Below, one piece after another: positions 7,506-12,184 of a stretch of DNA of 12,184 nt (its first letter is position 1; every line of letters starts with the position of its first letter). Source of the stretch: Opitutaceae bacterium (GTDB lineage: Bacteria; Verrucomicrobiota; Verrucomicrobiia; Opitutales; Opitutaceae); contig JACMRG010000321.1 of assembly GCA_014376585.1 (NCBI GenBank), positions 1 to 12,184 on the forward strand. The letters are read 5' to 3'. The notes under the pieces were generated by a model that ran no database searches, was not told where the DNA came from, and saw nothing but the letters and a program-made list of their open reading frames with translations. The position numbers and the translations under genes were made by a program.

Positions 7506-8215
7506 GGGGAAATTTTTCTTACGCGCACGTCACCGTAACCATGCACGCGCTCGCAAATGATCCGGAGCGTGCCTTCGAGATCGCCGTCCGCCGTGCGAAA
7601 CGCATCCGCATCCACCGCCAGCGGCGCGCCGATCACGACCAGCGGTGCCCCATACTCCGGCGTGCGCACCGCCTGCTCAAGCGTGAGTCCGCCCACCGCC
7701 TGCACCGGCACGTTCACCGCCGCCACGATCGCGCGCAGATCGTCCAGCGGACTCGGCATCCGCCGCCCCGCCGCCGCGATCCCCCGCCGTTCATCATAGC
7801 CGATATGGTGAATCACAAAATCGCAGCCGAGGTCCTCGATGATTTTCGCCCCCGCCACCATGTCGGGAAAACCCAGGTTATCTCCCATGATCTTCACGCC
7901 GAGGTCGCGCCCGGCTTTCACGACGCACTTCAACGTCTCTTCATGCGCGCGCCCCATCACTACCACATGCGTTGCCCCCGCCTTCGCCATCATCTCGGCC
8001 TCCAGATAGCCGCCGTCCATGATCTTTAAATCCGCCACGATCGGCACGCCTGGAAACCGCTCCCGCAGCGCCCGGACCCCGTGCGCGCCCTCGGCCAGGA
8101 TAAACGGCGTCCCCGCCTCCAGCCAATCCACGCCCGCCCTTCGCGCCAGCGTCGCCGTAGCCAGCGCCTCATTCAGATCGGTGAGGTCCAACGAAATTTG
8201 CACGATGGGTAACAT
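7502..8215 (-). CDS. 3-keto-L-gulonate-6-phosphate decarboxylase / 3-hexulose-6-phosphate synthase family protein (OMP-decarboxylase-like TIM barrel; UlaD/SgbH/HPS-like)
   Basis: The 237-aa ORF aligns by eye with UlaD and HPS. VQISLD corresponds to LQVALD, VDWLEAGTPF to VDIIEVGT, IVADLKIMD to IVLADAKIAD, and AVGGL to VTGGL. ATG at 8215-8213. The TGA stop at 7504-7502 overlaps the ADH ATG, indicating translational coupling. Confidence 0.8.
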   Translation of the reverse strand: MLPIVQISLDLTDLNEALATATLARRAGVDWLEAGTPFILAEGAHGVRALRERFPGVPIVADLKIMDGGYLEAEMMAKAGATHVVVMGRAHEETLKCVVKAGRDLGVKIMGDNLGFPDMVAGAKIIEDLGCDFVIHHIGYDERRGIAAAGRRMPSPLDDLRAIVAAVNVPVQAVGGLTLEQAVRTPEYGAPLVVIGAPLAVDADAFRTADGDLEGTLRIICERVHGYGDVRVRKISP

Positions 8216-8677
8216 GCGCGAGCGGGGTGCCTCGACACTGCGCGGCCCGTTCCGTCGCCGTCAACGCCGCACACGAAATCCCGCGATTCTCTCCGTGATT
8301 TTTCACACCAACCCCTCTCGTCCGAGCCGCTTACACCCGCTACGTATCAGAGAACCTTGCACGCCGCGTCCCCACCTGCACGCTCCGCCCCGTTCTTTGG
8401 ATTATACGCCTAAGACGACGCCGCTTCCTCGGCGTTTTCACGGGGGACCCAAATATCCGCTGCGCTCTCTCGCGGCGGACGGGGCGAACGGACGCAGGTA
8501 ACTGCGCCCAAGGTGACTTCCTAGCACCAAGCCCGTCAGCTAACCTCGTCGGCCATGGGAAGGGTGATCCACTAGGGCCCGCTCACGCGGTGTCTCCACG
8601 GTCGCTCCACTACAACCGCACCGTCATGTCCACAGGGGAACACTCTGGGGACGACGGGGCTTTCGGAGTCCACCAAC
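8216..8677. promoter_or_regulatory. Long divergent intergenic region: promoter(s) for the minus-strand operon and the plus-strand SPFH gene, and a possible structured 5' leader
   Basis: About 460 bp with no credible ORF. GC is locally lower in places (ttacacccgctacgtatcagagaacc; tttggattatacgcctaagacg). There is a GNRA-capped hairpin, cgcag-GTAA-ctgcg, at 8493-8507. A GGAG sits at 8665-8668, 9 nt upstream of the ATG at 8678. Confidence 0.3.
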
Positions 8678-10612
8678 ATGACCTCAACGGTCCTCTCAGT
8701 GTCAGGTATCGCAGGCGTGCTCGCACATCTGCTGCTCATCGTCGCCGCCCTCGTCCTCAAGGGCCTCGCGTTGCAAAATCGCTCCCTGCGTCAACGCCTC
8801 ACCCTCGGCCTCCTCGCCGCGGGCTTGGCGCTCACCGCCGTCTTTCTCGCCGATGGCTGGACCGAGCGCGCCGCGCTGCTCGGCGCTGCCGCGATCTTCG
8901 CGCCGCTGCTCCTCGGCCTTGTCATCATCCGCGAGGATCAGGTGGGCGTGGTGATTAAAAAGTTCTCCAGCCGCAGTCTGCTCGCCGGCCGGTTCATCGC
9001 GCTCCACGGCGAGGCCGGTTACCAAGCCGACACGCTCCCGCCCGGCCTGCATTTCGGGAAATGGTCCTGGCAATACGGCATCGCGAAATCCCACGTCGTC
9101 GTCATCGCGCCCGGTGAGATCGGTCTCGTCGTGGCTGCCGCCGGCACGCCCATTCCCGCCCAACGCATTCTCGGCAAGGTTATCGACTGCGACAGTTTTC
9201 AGGACGCGCGCAAATTCCTCCTGGGCGGCGGCGAAAAGGGCCGCCAGCTCGGCCTCCTCACCGCCGGCACGTATCGCGTCAATCCCGCGCTCTTCCAGAT
9301 CATCACCGCCGAAAATGCCGCTGACCACGGCATGGCGCCCGCACACCTCACCATTACGCAGATCAAGTCCGACATGGTCGGCATCGTCACCACGCTCGAC
9401 GGTCGCCCCATCGAGGCCGGCGAGATCGCGGGCATGTTGATCCACGATCACGACAACTTCCAAAACGCCCAGTCGTTCGTCACCGACGGCGGTCGTCGCG
9501 GTCTCCAGGAGCAGGTGCTCCTCAGCGGCTCGTGGAATCTCAACCCGTGGTTCGCGCAGGTCGAACAGGTTCCGATGCTCAACATCCCCATCGGCTCCGT
9601 CGGCGTCGTCATCTCCTTCGTCGGTCTCGCCCACGAGGACGTCAGCGGCGCCGCCTTCAAACACGGCGACCTCGTCAACGTCGGCCACAAAGGCGTTTGG
9701 GTTTCGCCGCTCTTCCCCGGCAAACACCCCGTCAACACCCGCGTCATGCGCGTCGAGCTCGTGCCCACCACCAACATCGTTCTCAACTGGGCCAACCGCA
9801 CCGAGGCGCACCACTTCGACGACAAGCTCAGCTCGATCACCGTGCGCTCGCGCGACGGCTTCGCCTTCAACCTCGACGTTTCCCAGATCATCCACGTCGG
9901 CGCCCTCGACGCCCCCAAGGTCATCTCGCGCCTGGGCTCGATGCAGAACCTCGTGGACCACGCGCTGCAGCCGATTGTCGGAAATTATTTCCGTAACTCC
10001 GCGCAGCACCACACGGTCCTCGATTTCCTCAACGCCCGCAGCGACCGCCAGGTCGAGGCCGCCGCGCACATCCGCGTCGCCCTCGCCGCCTACGATGTGC
10101 AGGCCATCGACACGCTCATCGGCGACATCACCCCGCCCGCCGAGCTCATGAAGACCCAGACCGACCGCAAAATCGCCGAGGAGGAAAAGAAAACCTACGA
10201 AACGCAGGAAGCCGCCCAACGCCAGCGCCAGGAACTCGTGAAGGCCACGGCGCTCGCCAACATCCAGCAGCAGATGGTCGACGCCGACCAAGGCGTGCGC
10301 ATCGCCGAACTCCGCGCCCAGTCCGCGATCCGCTCCGCCAACGGTGAAGCCGAGTCCACCAAGCTCCGCGCCCTCGGCGACGCCGACGCCATCCGCGCCA
10401 CGGGTAACGCCAAAGCCGAAGCCTACCGCGCCGGCGTCGAAGCTCTCGGCGCACGGAGTTACACCGTGATGCAGCTCATGCAGACCGTCGGCGAACGCGG
10501 CGTCCGCATCGTCCCCGACGTCTCCGTCACCGGCCAGGCCGGCAGCAACGGCCTCCTCGACTCCATGCTCGGCTTGCTCGTCCGCGAAAAAACCCACGAC
10601 AAAGCCGCCTGA
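8678..10612 (+). CDS. SPFH/band-7 domain membrane protein, flotillin-like (YqiK/FloT family)
   Basis: 644 aa in total. The N-terminal ~90 aa contain 2-3 hydrophobic segments (IAGVLAHLLLIVAALVL; LTLGLLAAGLALTAVFL; LLGAAAIFAPLLLGLVII). These are followed by the conserved SPFH entry motif REDQVGVVIKKF. The C-terminal region is a long Ala/Glu/Gln-rich coiled coil (…EEEKKTYETQEAAQRQRQELVKATALANIQQQ…AEAYRAGVEALGA…), typical of the flotillin domain. The 631-aa minus-strand ORF 8702..10597 that fully overlaps it is a GC-shadow ORF. Confidence 0.8.
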   Translation: MTSTVLSVSGIAGVLAHLLLIVAALVLKGLALQNRSLRQRLTLGLLAAGLALTAVFLADGWTERAALLGAAAIFAPLLLGLVIIREDQVGVVIKKFSSRSLLAGRFIALHGEAGYQADTLPPGLHFGKWSWQYGIAKSHVVVIAPGEIGLVVAAAGTPIPAQRILGKVIDCDSFQDARKFLLGGGEKGRQLGLLTAGTYRVNPALFQIITAENAADHGMAPAHLTITQIKSDMVGIVTTLDGRPIEAGEIAGMLIHDHDNFQNAQSFVTDGGRRGLQEQVLLSGSWNLNPWFAQVEQVPMLNIPIGSVGVVISFVGLAHEDVSGAAFKHGDLVNVGHKGVWVSPLFPGKHPVNTRVMRVELVPTTNIVLNWANRTEAHHFDDKLSSITVRSRDGFAFNLDVSQIIHVGALDAPKVISRLGSMQNLVDHALQPIVGNYFRNSAQHHTVLDFLNARSDRQVEAAAHIRVALAAYDVQAIDTLIGDITPPAELMKTQTDRKIAEEEKKTYETQEAAQRQRQELVKATALANIQQQMVDADQGVRIAELRAQSAIRSANGEAESTKLRALGDADAIRATGNAKAEAYRAGVEALGARSYTVMQLMQTVGERGVRIVPDVSVTGQAGSNGLLDSMLGLLVREKTHDKAA

Positions 10613-10678
10613 AGGTAGGGCGCGTTATCCCCAACGCGCCGCTCACGTTCGTCGTCTCCCCCGTGTCCTCCGAAAACT

Positions 10679-10735
10679 CGCGCCGCCGCGTCACCCGCGG
10701 CGGCGCGCCCGCGAAGGCGTCTTGATATTTTCTTA
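10679..10735 (+). terminator. Candidate terminator / structured element downstream of the SPFH gene
   Basis: A perfect 12-bp GC stem, CGCGCCGCCGCG (10679-10690), a 5-nt loop (tcacc), then CGCGGCGGCGCG (10696-10707). A T-rich stretch, cttgatattttctt (10721-10734), follows but lies about 13 nt from the stem, so it is not a textbook intrinsic terminator. A second smaller hairpin, ggcgcgtt/aacgcgcc, lies at 10619-10640. Confidence 0.35.
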
Positions 10736-10793
10736 ACGCTCCGCGGCCCGCGCTTAACTACCCGCGCCGCCCAACCGGTGGCATAGTCCCCCC

Positions 10794-10886
10794 ATGACCA
10801 CGCAAGACCTGCTCTTCTTCGGCGCCACGCTCGCCTTCTTCGCCCTCAGCGCCCTCTACGCCTCCGTCTGCGAAAAGCTCCGCTGA
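10794..10886 (+). CDS. Hypothetical 30-aa hydrophobic mini-protein upstream of kdpF (possible KdpF-like paralog or leader peptide)
   Basis: ATG at 10794, TGA at 10884-10886. It translates to MTTQDLLFFGATLAFFALSALYASVCEKLR, a single predicted TM helix with a short charged tail. It is too short for the ORF track. There is no independent support beyond the open frame and its hydrophobicity pattern. Confidence 0.3.
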   Translation: MTTQDLLFFGATLAFFALSALYASVCEKLR

Positions 10887-10952
10887 ACCGAACCCGGGCG
10901 CCCTCTCTCGGTCCGGCTTACTGGCACCCCGTCTCCTTCACCGCCTCCTCCC

Positions 10953-11036
10953 ATGGAAAATATCCTCATCGGCCTCACCGCTCTCGCTCTTCTCATCTAC
11001 CTCCTCGTCGCCGTCCTCCGCCCCGAGAAATTCTAA
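10953..11036 (+). CDS. kdpF: K+-transporting ATPase subunit F (KdpF), 27 aa
   Basis: ATG at 10953, TAA at 11034-11036. It translates to MENILIGLTALALLIYLLVAVLRPEKF. This matches the KdpF pattern: a single TM helix, YL[VL]x[AV] near the C-terminus, and a terminal RPExF / AEAF-type tail. It lies 53 nt upstream of kdpA, the expected kdpFABC order. Confidence 0.6.
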   Translation: MENILIGLTALALLIYLLVAVLRPEKF

Positions 11037-11089
11037 CCCGCGCCGTTCCATCCCGCCGCCCTCCGCCACCTTCGCCTCCCGCCTCGCCC

Positions 11090-12184
11090 ATGAACTCGCC
11101 CAACGCCTGGTTCCAATTCGCCCTCTTTGTCGGCGCCCTTCTCCTGCTCACGAAGCCGTTGGGCCTCTACCTCGTCCGCGTGCTCGACCCCCGCGGCAAG
11201 ACATCACTCGATCGCATCGTCGGTCCCGTCGAGCGCCTCACCTATCGCGTCTGCGGCATCGACCCGACCCGCGAACAAACCTGGCTCGGCTACACCCTCG
11301 CGCTCCTCGTGTTCAGCGCTGTCGGCCTCGTCTTCACCTACGTCATCCTCCGTTTCCAAGAACTCCTACCGATCAATCCGCAGGGCTTCCCCGGCCTCTC
11401 GCCCGCACTCGCCTTCAACACCGCCGCCAGCTTCGCCACCAACACCAACTGGCAGAGCTATGCCGGCGAATCGACCCTGTCCTATTTCTCCCAAATGGTC
11501 GGTCTTACGATTCACAATTTCACTTCGGCCGCCGCCGGCATCGCCATCGCCGCTGCCCTCGTCCGCGGCATCGCCCGCCAGAGCGCCCAGACCATTGGCA
11601 ACTTCTGGGCCGACCTCGTCCGCGTCACCTACTACCTGCTCGCGCCCCTCTGCCTCGTTTTCGCGCTCGTCCTCGTGTCCCAGGGCATGATTCAAAACTT
11701 TCGGCCCTACACTGCCGCCAAGACCTACGAGCCCTACACCATCCAGGTCCCCAAGCTCGACGCCGCCGGCCAGCCCGTCCTCGCCGCCGACGACCAGACT
11801 CCCGTCCTCGTCGATCAATCCGTCGACACCCAAACCATCGCCCAGGGCCCGATGGCCTCGCAGGTCGCGATCAAAATGCTTGGCACGAACGGCGGCGGTT
11901 TCGTCAACGCCAACGCCGCGCATCCCTTCGAAAATCCCACGCCTCTCTCCAACTTTCTCCAGATGCTCTCGATCTTCGCGATCCCGAGCGCGCTCACCTA
12001 CTGGCTCGGCCGCACGTTGAAAAACCAGCGCCACGGCTGGGCCGTCTGGAGCGCCATGTTCGCCCTCTTCGCCGCCGGCACCCTCGTCTGCTGGCGGGCC
12101 GAAGCCAGCGGTAATCCCCTCCACCAAAAACTCGGCGTGGCCACCGCCGACGGCAACATGGAGGGCAAGGAAGTCCGCTTTGGC
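11090..12184 (+). CDS. kdpA: K+-transporting ATPase subunit A (KdpA), N-terminal 365 codons; continues beyond window end
   Basis: Own translation from the ATG at 11090 gives [33 protein letters not shown]…[73 protein letters not shown]…[12 protein letters not shown]…. This is near-identical in pattern to E. coli KdpA (…[61 protein letters not shown]…). The frame is open to the last base of the window (1095 nt = 365 codons). It is absent from the ORF track only because it has no stop inside the window. Confidence 0.9.
   Translation, partial: [365 protein letters not shown]

Noticed and set aside
8702-10597. 631-aa minus-strand ORF completely overlapping the SPFH gene
   Set aside because: Its composition is almost only G/D/E/A/R/V (…GDGDVGDDADAAFADG…) with no recognisable domain. 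It is the typical antisense shadow of a high-GC gene. The plus-strand frame has clear SPFH and coiled-coil motifs.
10721-10760. TTGATA … TTAACT as a sigma70-type kdp promoter
   Set aside because: Spacing between the hexamers is about 26 nt, far from the 17±1 required. The promoter consensus of this lineage is unknown, so no promoter call was made.

Overview
This is a high-GC bacterial chromosomal segment (GC looks roughly two-thirds by eye). Most start codons have no obvious Shine-Dalgarno sequence, which fits a Verrucomicrobia/Opitutae-like or similar polysaccharide-degrading lineage. That lineage call is inference only. Gene calls rest on motifs read directly from the translations; no search was run.

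Features, left to right:
1. A partial minus-strand gene for a secreted oligogalacturonate-lyase-like (PL22-type) beta-propeller protein. Its 3' end runs off the window start. It is absent from the ORF track because it is partial.
2. A divergently transcribed plus-strand gene for a secreted protein with two tandem CE12/SGNH rhamnogalacturonan-acetylesterase domains. Features 1 and 2 together look like a small pectin-degradation locus.
3. A bidirectional rho-independent terminator between the CE12 gene and a convergent DEAD-box RNA helicase gene that ends in a DbpA-type RNA-binding domain.
4. A minus-strand metabolic operon. Its order is a KGPDC/HPS-family (UlaD-like) decarboxylase, translationally coupled (ATGA overlap) to a Zn-dependent polyol/alcohol dehydrogenase, then a striking 99-bp inverted-repeat element, then an SDR oxidoreductase, then a UlaE/SgbU-like TIM-barrel sugar-phosphate epimerase/isomerase.
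5. A roughly 460-bp divergent intergenic region.
6. A plus-strand 644-aa SPFH/band-7 flotillin-like membrane protein.
7. The start of a kdp operon. It has an unannotated 27-aa KdpF (too small for the ORF track), a second 30-aa hydrophobic mini-ORF upstream of it, and a partial KdpA that runs off the 3' edge (also not in the ORF track).

No rRNA, tRNA or CRISPR features were seen.

The most unusual element is the intra-operonic inverted repeat. Each arm carries three 10-bp-phased CACGGATG units.
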